A DNA stretch of 53,394 nucleotides, the filler included, from Sphacelaria rigidula (lineage: Eukaryota), in the NCBI GenBank assembly GCA_964200075.2. It is 3 parts of 3 records of this genome, joined end to end, with 100 filler letters (N's around TTAATTAATTAA, not from the genome) between each part and the next. Parts side by side here need not be neighbours in the genome. Positions count along the whole stretch, not along the records: positions 1 to 17,736 come from CAXNAA020001006.1; positions 17,837 to 35,571 come from CAXNAA020001007.1; 1 more part is not named here. One strand, written 5' to 3'. Position 1 is the first letter of the stretch. The number at the start of each line of letters is the position of its first letter. Under the pieces are notes generated by a model. That model searched no databases and was not told where the DNA came from. It saw nothing but the letters and a program-made list of their open reading frames with translations. The position numbers and the translations under genes were made by a program. Positions 10,901 to 24,400 of the stretch are shown piece by piece.

Positions 10901-13900
10901 TGGAAAGAGCCCGCAGGTGGCCTAGCTCCTCCGCCAGCCCCTACGAATACACGATGGAAGGAACCCAAAGAAGATTCGTTTGCAACCAGGCCTGGGACAA
11001 GGAGATGGAGGAACGGAAGTAGAGAAGAGAGCCAAATGGGAAGTGGCAGATGGAGCAGGGATGTTGGGGACGTTGGGGACGTCGGAGATGCAGACAGTAG
11101 TGGGAGTCCTTCCGATCCATCTCCTCCAGTGCAAAACAGTTCTTGGACAGACTCGGCGGGCGTGGGGTGGGGCTTGCAGCCGGGTGAAGAGCAAGAGCAG
11201 GCACAGGTGGCTACCGATGCGCCTCAAGAGCAACTGGAGCAAGCAGATGGCGAACCATCAACGTCTGAGGCTGTCACCGCCGCCGCTACTGCTGCTACCT
11301 CATCGGAGGACACTGTGGCCATAGTTGATGCTGCCGTCGAGGTGAAAGCCCCTTCGACCGCGGCTGGCGACGAAAACACAACAGGTGATTCCCCTCCGTT
11401 TCAAAACTCGTTCGTTCCTCATCAAACATCCACTGCGCAACCTGTTCTCCGCACCGCTTCGTGGGAGCCGCAGCTACCACGAGGAGGCGATGCTTGGTCT
11501 GCCGCGGGTCACGGACGGGATGCTCAAGGCGAAAATCAGGGACAGGGGCAATCAGGTGCGCCAGGCGCTACTGCATCTCAGCCTTGGAGCGATCCATGGG
11601 GTACATCCAGTTTCGGCCTTTCGCCTACCGGCGGCGAGCAGGGATCGAGCGCAATAGCTTCACTATTGGGGAACAATGGGCCCGTCGAGCCGCGCAAGGA
11701 CCGTTATTTACCTCCTGCTCTACGCAACCGCACCCCCAGCGAAGGCGCCCAAGTGGAGGCTTCTAGTATCTCAACGGGTGATCAGGAGACTGAGGCAACT
11801 CCTGCTGCGCTTCAACCCGACGTAGGTTCGACTAGTCTGTCTAATCAGGAGCTTGAGATGCAAAGTGCAGGGGGCAGGATGGGAGCTAGCACTTCTGGTG
11901 GAGTAGGAGCAGCAAAACCTCCGTTATACGAGCAGCAACAACCACCTCTCGAGGAGTGGCAGCACGGCCGGGCTCAGCCATCCCAATTGGCTCCAGAGGA
12001 TCAGTCCGCTCGCCCGAGGGAGCAACAACTACACCAACGCCAGCCGCAGGTGGGTGACGACGGAGTGGGTATCTTACTCAAAAGTAGATTATCTAGCAGC
12101 CTGCCACTTTCTCTGTGAGCTCGTCCACAAGGCGTCGAACATCGAAGTGCACCTTTTGCGCTGGCCTTGAAGTTGTTGACAACATCATGTGTGTGCCGTG
12201 GCAAGGTTTCAGCGGTTCACGACCGAACTGACATTTCCTTGTACTTGTTCTGCCTCGATTTCGTGCTACGTGACTTGCAGGCCCAACACCCCCCGCAGCA
12301 TCTGCACATGCATGACCAGCCTCAGCATCTGAAGCAGGAGTATCAGCCACCCCCCCCCAGCGGTTTCTCCTCTTTCCAGCAACAGGTAGAATGCCTGCGC
12401 TCTTCACCACGTATCAAGTCCGTGCATTAGCAATACCGTCTTTCGCATTTATGCCATTGCTTTCCCAGGAGAAAATGCTATGTCACTTCGATCAGTGTGA
12501 TGTTCACGTGCTCCCCGGCGTTCGTGTGCGAACAATGTCAGTCTTTTTCTTCCGAGTATCAATTCGCAGCTGCCCACATATTTCCGCACATGCCATGGAA
12601 CTACCCCTGCAGGATCGCCGTCAACCCCAAATGCAAGAGCCGGTCTTACGTCAATTCCAGACAGAGCACTTCCGGAGCCCGAACTACCACGCTCAGGTGT
12701 ATATCATCTTTTCGCTCCGGTGGTTATTACCGCGCCTATCCTGCTGGATATACCTCTTTTTCTTTATGGTGCTCTGAAGTCCTCCCCTTCCTCGACAAGA
12801 GTCTGCCGTGTGAAGTATCGAGTCATCTCTGCCCCAGTACGTGTCCAACACCTGACATTCTTTCGTCGCTGATTGGATCAGCCCTTCCGCACTGCGACGA
12901 CTTTTGTTAATGAACTTTCGTTGCTTTTCATGCCTTCACGGTTCCGGTTTAAACGACGGAAATATAATGCGCCGGAGAAAAACCCGTGTTCAAAAGTTTC
13001 TGCAGGAAATCGAGCCCCCAACCATACCCGGACTGGTCTTGAGTTGTACCACACTTTTTAGATCGCTGGGTTCAATGGAAATGCCTCGGAAACATACCGC
13101 GCAAGCATCAGATTTGAACGTTTGCTAGCCATAGGCAGCTGGCAGTTGGCGCGGTGCAAGAAGAACCAAGGAAAAGCTCGCTCCAAGTGCGAGTTGAGCC
13201 TGTTATGCGACACTTGCGCTTACACTAATTGAAGTCTCCTCGACACGTTTCGCTGACAACGAGTGAGTTACTGTCAACACGGGACTGTGAATGTAGTGTG
13301 GGTGTGACCGTATTTTAGACGACGCCACATGAGCAGCAAGAGTGTCACATTGCTACTCTCCGTGTCATTTTTTACTTCCTCCGTTCTCGCCTATGCTGTA
13401 GTCGCCCAATACGCGTCTGGTGTATTGCTCGTTTGTTCGACAGGATCAGGGGGGCCGTTCGCCTATCCCAGAGCACGTGCGGCGCCGCCAGTATCCGCAG
13501 GAACACTTGCACCGTCAGCAGTACAACCACGTGCAGGTGATTTGCGGCATCCTCGGTAGGAGAGCATTCCCAGTTCACAAGCCGTTCAATGTCCTCAACT
13601 GTAGCGGGAGATGGGCTAGTCGAAAACTATGAGGAGTCCCTCCTAATCATTCGACTACCGTGTTGATGTCCGCTGTCGAATGAGCTATTCGTTCAAAACC
13701 GATGTGCAATCGTTGTCTGCTGATGAAACTTAGCTTGGCCCTGTGGCGCGTATGTACGTGTTATCGACCTTGTAACCCACTCCTTTCACCTTTGCATGCT
13801 GGTTTTCGGTTTCGGTGTCAGCACCGGTGACGGGTTGAGGTGGTTGGATTATCTTATGAACATGAGGGGCGTGTCCAGGTCACCTGATATAAGGGAGAAA

Positions 13901-14479
13901 ACGCCGGTTAGACTACCACTATTTTGAAAACTAATCCTGCCTCCCCCCTCCCCCCTCCGTGTCAACCATCGAACATGTTGTGATTCTCAGATGCATCAGC
14001 AACAACCACCCCAACAAATGCACATGCCCCAGCATGCTCTTCAGCAGCACTCGCTTCACCAACCGCAGCACATGCATCCTCATCAGCAGGGCCAACACCA
14101 GCCACCTGCCCCATTGAGTAACCAAATGGGTCAAACCCATCACACGCGACAACACCCCGGTCACTCCCAGCAGCAGCAGCAGCAGCAGCAACAGCAACAG
14201 CCACCGTCGCAGGGTCAGCAACATCACCAACAGGAAATCGGCCGGCAGATTAGCCAGCCACAACAGATGCTCGTGCAACAGCCTCAGCAAGTGCAACAGC
14301 ATCCGCCGTTCATGGGCTACTCGGATCCTCGTGCGAGAGGACCTGGAGGGCTGGGGGGGTTGCCCGTCCACAATATGACTCAGCCCGCGTCATACCGTGA
14401 CATGCCACTGCAGCAGCCGGGGATTCCTCCACCGGGTACCTACGATTTTCAGTCTCCTGAATCGCACCACAAGCGATGA
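7931..14479 (+). CDS. PRRC2/BAT2 N-terminal-domain protein (MOS1-like), large low-complexity RG- and Q/H-rich protein; about 1129 aa as modelled, 3' end uncertain
   Basis: Exons 7931-7961, 9030-9470, 9903-12049, 12281-12385, 12613-12696, 13444-13536, 13991-14479; all introns GT-AG with matching phases (1,1,0,0,0,0), total 3390 nt. The N-terminus carries BAT2_N-like motifs: APVPINTPSLRQE.HG (cf. P.NLPSL+.EN.G), GGGWG, FPDL (cf. FPSL) and GPSLRP. The last exon may instead splice at 14435|GT to an acceptor at 14540. Confidence 0.75.
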
Positions 14480-17168
14480 GACGTCTGCACATTCGAAATG
14501 ACGTCGGCTGTTGTTTTTGTCGAGGATTGAACTTTGCAGGCTCGCCAGTAGGCTTCGGGATGGTTTTTCGGAAAGGATATGTACTATCCTCTTTTTTGCG
14601 CCAATGGAGTAGGCTATGATGCTCTCGATGGTCACAGCTCTCCAGGCTCTAAACGACCAAACGTGTCGTTTGGGCAGTAGAGTATGTCCCAGTTCGAGGT
14701 GATTCTTTCCATGATTGATATTACTTCATTTGAGTATGTCCGGATGTTCAGTGGGGCTGACAGTCCCAAGTTCACCTCAGCGTGCGCAAAGCGCGTTTTG
14801 CCGAAATCGGTGCCACAAGCGCCAATTTGACATTTGCCGACGCACAGTTTGCCTCGGGCTGTGGTCAGGGTTTGGGTTCCCGTTTCTTCAAAATGTGTCA
14901 ACCATGGATAAAATGGCCCCGAGTCGGGACAAGCACACTTTTTTTCGGGACACCGGTTTTTGATGCAGATAGCGTAGGCTCGGCTTGGTCGCTTCAGCCG
15001 CAAGAACTGGCGATGCTGGCAGGCCACCCTATCTCGGCCAGTGATCACGTACAGAAGCGTCCCACTAGTTGGTGTCAAAATGATCTGAATAGCACGCTCA
15101 GAGAGATGGGTCTATGAGTGGTTGATGTGTCCTATCCGTTCTGTGTCAGCCGTGATGTATCCATTAAAAGATTAGCAAGACTACCCACTTTCGTGGAAAC
15201 CCACCGCCCTGTTTCGACGGAACTTGGGAGATTGCCCTTGTTTCACACGTGGTACCGAGTCTGGGATGCCATGTGCAAGTTGGCACATATCTCCAGTAGG
15301 TCTGGTTTTGGCGACTGCGTTGAGAACTTTGTTGGGTTCCTTACTACGGTGATTGCAGGGCGCCCGGCTTTGTGGTTTGATGTTCAGATCCGTCTGCTTC
15401 GGTACCGTATCTCGATGACAATCCTTGATATAGTTGGTGGTTCTCAAGAAGCAGGAGTAGGTTGACACTATCTGGTGGGCATCAATTGCTCGTTAGAGAC
15501 TGGAGTAAGTCATGGGGATATGGATGTTTTCCCAGTGTTCATTACTCGATAACACGTTGACTAGTTGCTACATACGATTGATTCGAGTGTGGTTTACTCC
15601 TGCTGGCATAAAACTGTGGAGCGGAAACGCACGAGGTTTTTGGTGGACGGAAAATCGGCAAGTAACGGCTATTCAGCCCTCAAGTGTGCGTGTGGCCGCG
15701 TGTTGTATCCAGTAAGTAGCAGAAGATAGTACATAAATTTGTAGGACAAAACTGAAAGTGCACGCGCTTCAGATGGTGATGAGAGCTATTCCATATCCCC
15801 CCTGTTGATCGCGGAGGCGTTCGACTCTGAGCCTCTCGTTCCAATTTATTTATGCATCGCTTGCGTACTAGATTTTGATGCTTGTGATGGAACCTGTCTT
15901 CTCACGGAATCATGACGAGCTTCACCTATCTCCGAGAAAAACGCACAGATATGCTGGAACCGTCTCAACGAGTACAGCAAGGTGTCTCGCTCCCCCTCGC
16001 TCTCTTTTGGGGCATGGAACCACACAAAAGCTCCAAAAACAAGACGTCAGTTTTTAGATTTTTATTCTGGTTTACCATAGGAAGCGGCCTGAGCACACTG
16101 AAAATTGTATGTGAAATCGGCGTGTGAGCAATGTCACGTTCAGGCTAGGTTACGGAGTGTAGGGGATATTGTCACCGGTACGTGGTAAATCACACCCTAA
16201 TGTTCAAACCCGGATGGTCAGGTTTGTAACGAGACTGGTTGTCTCGAGCAGCACCCTTGAATCTTGGAAAGGAGTATACGTGGTGAAGCACCGCCGATAA
16301 CATTTGACCTTCGTTCGGGTGATAGTTTCAGAGACCCAAAAACTCTAAACCTGAAGCCCGACCACCCGACCCAAGTATTGTGCAGACCGACCGATGGTAT
16401 TTAAACAGGTTGCCCCATCAGGGTGGGTCGCCCCGACTAAACAGATTGCACCCTGCCTAACGGTGAAAATGTCGAGTGTTGGTCTCGTACGGTTTGTCAT
16501 TTCTCAAGGAAGCCTACTACGAAATGACGATAATTTTATCCCCGAGAATGAGCCCCCACTCCCGGAGGGCAATTTTTCGAAAATTGTCTTGATTTTTTAC
16601 TTTTTTTTTGTGACTTTTTTGTGCTTTTCTAATTTTTTGTTGAAATTGTTGAAGTTGATCAACGAACAGAGATGAAACCGGAAATTCTGGCGGGCTTTGC
16701 GAGGTTCGTATAATAGCTTCTTCTGCTCCTTGAAGCCCATCCTGTCCCGATGACCTCGGATGCCAGCAACGCTCACACACATCTATGTACAATACCCGAG
16801 CGCACGGTAGCGACAACCTGTTGCCAAGGTAGCAACATTATCTCACGCCTCGCCAAATTTGCCACGACTACGTACGAGCGCTAGGTCTGAAAATCCCCGA
16901 AGTTCAAGATCTCCGAAAAACAGTTCAACCTCATTTTGGAACATAATCTTCTTTCGGTATGGGGCAAAGGATATAAGAAAGAGCATGTATCGTCCTATGT
17001 TCCGTGGGACGGAAGGACGAAATGTTGTCTCAGACAACAAGCTGTGCGTTCTTTTTTGTTTACAACGAGCGCTATCAGGAACGCCTCTTACCTAATCACT
17101 TTGTGACAAAAAATAATGGCGATTTTGACCCCGTTCGATCACTGGCGAACGGCCGACTGGCAATAATA

Positions 17169-17505
17169 TGTGTGTGTGTGTCATCGTCCCCTCTGTTTTG
17201 GATGTCGGTCTGCACCTTTGGGTACGTGTGGGCACACCAGCCGGGGTCGTACAACAGTAGGAGGAAGTTCAACACAGTTTTTTTTGTTTAGTACCCCGCC
17301 TTCCTTCTGCGGTGCTTGCCTTTCTTTTTTTATCGCGAGAGGGGTTTAGCAATCTCTTTCCCCCGTCGACCGATAAGTTGACTTCTATGTACCGACGACA
17401 TAGTCGCTGTCCATTGTTGGGTATGGTGTGAGAAAAATCTCACATCACTCCGAGATGTGAACCCACGACCCAACCGTCAGAAGCAGCTGAGCCATGGGGG
17501 CGACC
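17169..17505 (-). mobile_element. tRNA-headed composite SINE-like element (family A plus ~100-bp 3' module with (CA)n tail)
   Basis: Minus-strand head gtcgcccccatggctcagctg...gggtcgtgggttcacatctcggag; body homologous to 40075-40304 and 41145-41375; followed by an A-rich linker and the same 3' module as 40322-40420. Confidence 0.75.
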
Positions 17506-17736
17506 AGTTTACAGTTATTAAGCATGTACCTGCCACTACTTTTCGAAAAATATAGTTGTATCACAACAATGACGACGACGACTGCTATTACTACCACCAT
17601 TACTGCTGCTGCGGCTGCTGCGGCTGTTGCTGTGCTGATGTCTGTACTGTTGTTACAACTCTTACAACAAGAACGGTATAGTACCGGCCCGCTAGTAAGA
17701 AACTGAAAAATCGGCCTGAGGCTGGGTTTCTTATTT

Positions 17737-17836
17737 NNNNNNNNNNNNNNNNNNNNNNNNNNNNNNNNNNNNNNNNNNNNTTAATTAATTAANNNNNNNN
17801 NNNNNNNNNNNNNNNNNNNNNNNNNNNNNNNNNNNN
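17737..17836. other. Artificial contig spacer (N44-TTAATTAATTAA-N44)
   Basis: Exactly 100 bp, with a six-frame stop linker in the centre; identical to the second spacer. Confidence 0.97.
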
Positions 17837-17840
17837 GCGA

Positions 17841-18235
17841 AGTCGATGGTCTGATGACTAGGGCATGCATGCTCGTGAGTACACCCCCCCCTCCCCTCCC
17901 CCGTTGGAGTGCGTCTAACGTTTCGTTGTCGCCGGTCCGACAAGCACTATCGCACCACGTCAAAGTCCGTCGAGTTTTCATTTGTTGCTCCGTCACCCAC
18001 GACGTCTCCGGGAGGGAGACGCGGACACTGAAATAGCTCTAGAAAATGTCAACGTGATAACATGGAGCATGAAGGAGAAAATGAGGTCAATGGTTTTGTG
18101 ACTAAGGCATGCAAGATCATGAGTACCCCCCCCCCTCCCCTTGCCTGAGTACACTCCCTCTCCCCCTGCCCTTCTCGGTGTGCTCCGTCTCGAAAGGGAT
18201 GCGTGGTGACATGGTGAAATGACTAAGGCAAGCAA
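17841..18235 (+). repeat. Diverged direct repeats (~245-bp spacing)
   Basis: gtc.atggt.t..tgacta.ggcatgca.g.tc.tgagtac.ccccccc at 17841 and ~18087; partial third copy (atgactaaggcaagc) at ~18219. Confidence 0.6.
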
Positions 18236-18459
18236 AAAATCAATCAAAACAGAGCAGACGTGTACCTTTCTCATTGAGAAAAGTGGGATCTTAGGGTGTC
18301 TGGGACAGGAGCGAGCGAAAATGTACGTGGCAGCCGGCATGCAGTGCATTGACGCGTGTGTGTTTTGATGAGTATCAAATCTAATTGTTCTCCTCCCGTT
18401 TCGTTTGCCCCTCTGCCCTTCACGCTCGTGTTTCACTTGCTTTGTATTTCAAGACCCAG

Positions 18460-21400
18460 GTTATTCAGGCAATGCAAACGCTGCAAGCCCAGGCGCAGGT
18501 ACAGCAACAACGGGCAGCCCAGCTCGTTGCACAACAGCAGGTGCGCGCGTTTACACTTTGCAGTCATGTTCCATGGTACGTGTGTGCGTGCGAGGGAGGG
18601 GAAGAGAGAGATGCCGCGATAGCGCCCCCCCAAAAAGAAGAAAGAAAAAAACAGTCCCAAAATCAGTCCCAAAACTTTCACGAAGGAAATGGCCATGCAG
18701 CGAACGATGTCTGGTTTCAGATTTCATGAGATCCCTTACATGGGCGACGCTGGCGAACACGATTTTAAGCATAGGAGTTCCCAGCTAGTCTGTGTACTTG
18801 GCGTATGTCATGTTGGTTTACATGTAGTTTTAGCCTCCTCAAATGAGCCATTTTCCTAGGGGGGGGTAAGGCATTACTGTTATGGGTCGGAATGGGGGAC
18901 CTGACAACCAAAAATACCCACTACAAAAGAAATAATAGAAAACGCGGAGGAATACTGAACACGTCAGTAGGTGGTCCCGCCTGTGCCGAGCCCTCTGAGA
19001 ACAGAACACACGCTTCATTGCTTATGAACTTGGTTTAGTATGCGACAGCTGTAGCACTTGAGATCGCGCGGTTCTGGGCACAGGAAGTAAGCCGGCCCAT
19101 GGCACTGCACAGTCCCCCGCATAGACACAACAGTTACCCGAAGACGTTACACACTTTGCTCAGTGGGCGACAGCGGACCGGGAAGGCCCCCGGAAGCTGA
19201 TAACGCCTCATTTTTGTATATTTGGGTTGTTGGCGGCTTAGTATTACGCGCAAAAGCACTAGAGTAACGTCCCGAACTAGATAGGATGTGTGGGAAGCGC
19301 ACGCAAGACACCGCGGTCCAATCCTCCAGAGGCGACTAGCTTTTTTTTGTTCAAAGTGCAGTATCTGATTCCCGCTGGTGAAGGCATGAAGACGTGAGTG
19401 GACGAAGGGGTTTGTTTTGGCCAAGTCTTTTAGACGAGAGTTGACGCGGTGCGGAAGTGCTGATCGATTCCGCGAGGCCGAAATGCAAGGCGTGTAGTGT
19501 ACCGAGGGAGAAGACGGGCTAATGCCCTGAGACCACGGACTCATCGCGAGGAAGGGTAGGGGGTGCAGGGTGTTGCAAAAAAATAGTATGAAGTAAATTC
19601 AGGAGTGGGCAACATTACCCCCACCATTAGGCTCCGTGTGTGTGCGTGCGCGCGTGTGAGTGTGTGCGCGCGTGTGAGTGTGTGCGTGTGTTTTGCGATC
19701 TTGTTTGTGAATACCCGTCTCGCCTAGTTCTCTTGTGCCGGCCTTGTAATTCATTGTCGGGCACTGGATGATGACTCGAAAACAGCAGGGGGTTCTGCAG
19801 CCCCTTTTACGCTTCGTCGACGTATTCTGTGAATTTCACGTTTTCACCCTTTCCTCGACAAAAACCAGTAAAATCAAACCTCTCCTGTCGGCATTCGAAT
19901 TCACTCGTTCGCTCAAAATGTACTACAGTGCAGTTAAGGCCATTTTTATATGCTCAGTGATCAATGAACCTCCGCCCACCTCGTTGGAGTGGATTGATTG
20001 CCTTACTTTCTAGGTCACCATCAAGAGTGCCGATTTGGACCCGCCCCAGAAAAGTGTGCACAGCGCAACTTGTGCTGAACATTCGATCGAACGGCGCTGC
20101 CCCGTTGATGTTGCTCACCCGGCTTGCTTTTCTCTACACTCTCATCATGCGATCAGGTCCAACAGTTGCATGCGCATCACTTGCGGCAGATGCAGATGCT
20201 CAAGTTCCAGCAACAGCAACAGCTTCAGGCGTACGCGCAACAGTCTCGAGCTGTGCAGCTTCAGGCGCTTGCGGCACAGGTGTTTGTGTGTCAGTTTCCC
20301 GTATGTGTTGTGTTGAACTTCATAGCAGTCGTGTCATACTCCATATGTCTGTTGTTTGTGTGCTCTTTTGTATTTCTATTTGGAGGCGTGTGTAAGTCGA
20401 GGTCAGGCCAATAGATGCTGAGGTCGCGTCTTGACCCAGAAGATTAGCCAGTCCCGAGTTTATCTTACGAGCTTGGCCAGCCTTGGAGTTTGCATACCCC
20501 GTGCATCCACTCGCTTTTTCACCTAGGCACCCACCACCTTCAATTTCCCGAATCAGCCCAATGTAAGTATATTGCAGTCAACTGCAGACTGACCTGCTGA
20601 TACACGCTCTGCCGCCAAGACAAAGTGAAATATTGTACGTTCCTTTCACAGTATATGACCGCACCGACGCAACCATATTGTGAGGGGCAAAAAAGTATCT
20701 GTCGGGATTCGAACTTGTGATCTTCCTGACGAGTCTCCTGAATCACTTGGACCACTGGGGCAGAGCGGTGTCACATGAAAGGTTGCATACGCAGCCTGAA
20801 TTTAGGAGTTTGAACCGAAAATGAAAAAAAATACCGGGATGTGCACGTTGCACGTGCGACAACGTCACACGAGCCACAACGTTACACGTCACGTTCACGT
20901 GACGTTTCGGCCAAAACGTAACGTGGAATTTCATTTTTTTCAAGTGATGAACGTAACGTAACGTAACTGTTGGTTTCGGAATGAAACGTGACTTTAGTGT
21001 TAATTTTTCAAGGTGCCAAACCAAGCGTGACGTGAACATTATACTGTTCAAACGTTCAAAGCACGTAATATGAAACGTTTCTTGGAACGTCTTAGATGTT
21101 ACACTTGCATTGGACGTTACACGTTACATGAAACCTTTATAAACACGTCACATGGAGCAGTGCACACTTCAAGTTTGCAATGAAATTTGAAGTTCTAGAA
21201 GATTGTGCTTCAATAATCACGAGGCAACGGCCGAGGTTGGCCGGAGGCTGCGGCACCCCCTAGTTGTGGACCCGCCGTTCCCCCCCCCCTGGATCCATCT
21301 CATGTATTTGTTGCTCCTGAACGTGACGTCAACGCGTACGTTACACCCCATCTCTTCTACTATTGATATGAATGTGGTCAAGATGATCATGATGTCATGA

Positions 21401-24400
21401 TTCTGTGCTGCGACGATAACTTGTGATGTGTGCTGTGGCGCGGAGCTCGCGAAGTTGCTGCAATAGGGTGTCCTATACCGTGGTCATTCAATTTCACTCG
21501 TTTTTTGAAACACAGTCTTGTTGGATTTCAAATTTCATTCGGAATTTCACACAATACCACGTCGGCTTCAGTAGATACTCTCACCACTCTTCACCAGTGA
21601 ATCTCAGAGAAACTGTCACTCTGGGGCCTGTGACGTTTCTAGCCGTTTGCCTCCATTTCCAGCCAACGGCTGCTCTAATACTTTAAACGTAAATCTGAGA
21701 TAACCCGTCACTCTGTAACCGGTGACCTCTCCAGCCGTTTGTTCCTCCTTCGTACCCGTGACTCACCACCCTCACCAGGGAATCTTACGTTTCCCTTGTC
21801 GGAATTTGACGCAACCTGTTACCCCTACTTCTCCATTATCCCACCACTACTCAGCTGGCTCCCTTGAGCTACAGCATTTTATTTCTTGGGAGCATACCGC
21901 GTGCCTCGCCGTGGTACAAGCGTGCCCCAAGCTTCCAACAGGACGAGGGCGCTGTGAAAATAAAGTAAAAGCCTAGGTGAAAAACCGCATCCGGACTGCT
22001 GGTTGTGGTGAATCATAACACTCCATATTGTTAGACCCTCCATCCTTAAACCGCGGGGGAAGTCCTTCTGGATCATGCGTACTGTTTTCAAATTAGAATG
22101 GACCCGATTCAACAGATGACGTACTCTCGCCGCCCAAGGGTTCAATAATATACTGCGCCGATAACATTGCCTTGACTGAGATCGATCTCGCTGAGCACTG
22201 CGGCGTCAGTCAGTTAGGACACTTATCATACAGAAGGATGATAAAAGTTCAGTACCACAGTACTCATCGAGTACAGAACACAACATTGTAGAGGTTTGCC
22301 ATGATATGGTCAAACAAGCGCCCACTTTTCCCCCCCCGAAGACTTCTCGTTCGGAGCCATATGGTTTGACTCTTCTTCACAAAGTCGTGATTGCATTACG
22401 TCCATGGGGTTTCCCCCGGAAATGAATACCATACCAGTTTTTTTCTACACTGGACAGTATTTATATCAGATCATTCATCATACGTACGGGCACTTTTCTC
22501 CGTATTGAGTTTCCATCACCCGCCATGATATGAGGTATCTCAAAGTCAAGGTTCCCCGCATATTACTCTCAAATATACCGAAAACCTCGAATATGAGATA
22601 CCTCTTTATTTGTAGGTTGGCGGGCGAAGCTGCTCTAAAGACTTTTTCGCTCATCCCCTCTTTTTGTAGTCGGGTTGTCAAAACAATCCTCAATGCACCC
22701 GTCGAGTTACATACAAGATACGCACCCCGACCAGACAGTTCCCGGCGGCGAATCCGCCGCCCACCAACCTCACAACTCTCCTTTCAACATTAACTGCCAA
22801 CCTTCTCAAGCACACCATCGAAGCTTTGGTGTGTGGGTTTCGGGAAGGGTTACCGATAGTGTTGGGATTTACGGGGGGTTGGATGCGTCACTCACTGCCT
22901 ACGAAGTTGTCTCCAAACCATACATGTAGTGCCAAACACCCTCTGTTATCGCCTTGGGATCGCTCGATTCGGGCGGTGGCACGAAGCGCCAAAAACTTTG
23001 TCATCCTATTACGCATCAAGATTATGTTTGAATGGCTTCCCTCCACGCAGGTGTAATTTTGTGACGCACCACAGCGCACCATTTACCCGCGGTACAACGC
23101 ACCAGATCGCAGTATTTCATTCTTGCGTCCTCTGTAATGAATTGCACAGCAGATATTTTCCGTTTCTCTTGTTGGAATTTGCCCTTTCGTCGCGGAATTT
23201 TAATCGTTCAAAATTTCACACAATCTGTGACTCCATCACCAGTGACTTCTCTATCTCTCCTCAGCGAATATAAGGAAGCCTGTCACTCTGGGACCAGTGA
23301 CTTTCCAGCACACGCCCGAACGGCATCATCTGACGACACCAAGGCGAACCCCAACCGGTCGCGGAATCTGCTATTTGCAGATCGACGACAAAGATCACCG
23401 ACTCGATTCCGGATTGAAGGACATACACGGCCGAATCCGATTACGTAAGCTGTACAATCGGATGTCCTCCTCCGACCCCCCCACACAGCGACATTCCGGC
23501 GCTGTATACGCAACCCACCAAGCAATACGTACAGAAGGGTTTGAGATACTCGAGAAAGATGATGTCAGTGCCCGCTACGAGCGGCGCTATGCTGTAAGGC
23601 GCAGATTGAACCCCGCGACAATTTTTGGAAAAAAAATATCGATCACTCACCAATTTTGAACAACTCACGGGATCACCACTCGTTGGAGGTCATACGGGTG
23701 TTCGGTCCTTCACAGATTCGGGTTGTTACGATGAACAATTCCGAGAATGCGAATGCTTGCTCTCCCTCCCCGCGTCCGCCTTTCTCGGGACAAAACCAAC
23801 GTATCTCCTACCCGAACAGCCCCAGCCGGAAAGAGGTGTTATCCGGCACATCAATCATTTCGCAGCCGAACACCGATGAAACTGAACACGCGACTGGCAC
23901 CGATAGGGAGCCTACAATCTTCCCCAAGTCGTGGTGCATTCTGTAATTTGCAGGGTCCTACACGTTACACGTTCAGATTTCAATTTGTACGTCGAAAGTA
24001 AAGCTAGGCTAGTAATACGGTGGGGGAAAACGTGGGGAGCCCTGATTTTGTTGTGACTTTTGAACATACTAGCCTGGCTTAACGTTTGATGTGAAACGTG
24101 AAACGTGAACGTGTAACGTGTAAGCCCCTGGGTACATGTAAGGGGACGACAGATACCCGGCGGGAGACGTTGTTACATACGAATGACGATACCCCTGAAC
24201 ACGCGAGGGGCGTCGTTCATCGTACTCACCTTACCCTACTGCTCTATGACCCCTGCCGCCCCTTCCCCCCAAAGGGACAATACCAACGTATTTCTTCCCA
24301 GACAAATCCCAGCGGGGAGGAGGTGTTTTACGATGCATGAGTCATTTGCGACTGCGCAATAGTTTATCTCAACACCTGATCGGTACCAATACAAGACGCC

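Noticed and set aside
17781..17792. TTAATTAATTAA as a biological motif or piggyBac target
   Set aside because: It is the synthetic six-frame stop linker inside the N spacer.
13991..18540. Joining the Q-rich end of the PRRC2-like gene to the Q-rich exons from 18460 as one giant gene
   Set aside because: They lie on different contigs separated by an artificial spacer; the similarity is only Gln composition.
19455..19495. Hammerhead ribozyme in the family B body (ctgatcgattccgcgaggccgaaa)
   Set aside because: The core has an extra base relative to CUGANGA, stem II pairs poorly, and the second copy (ttgacccaacccgcgagacgaaa) does not keep the core.
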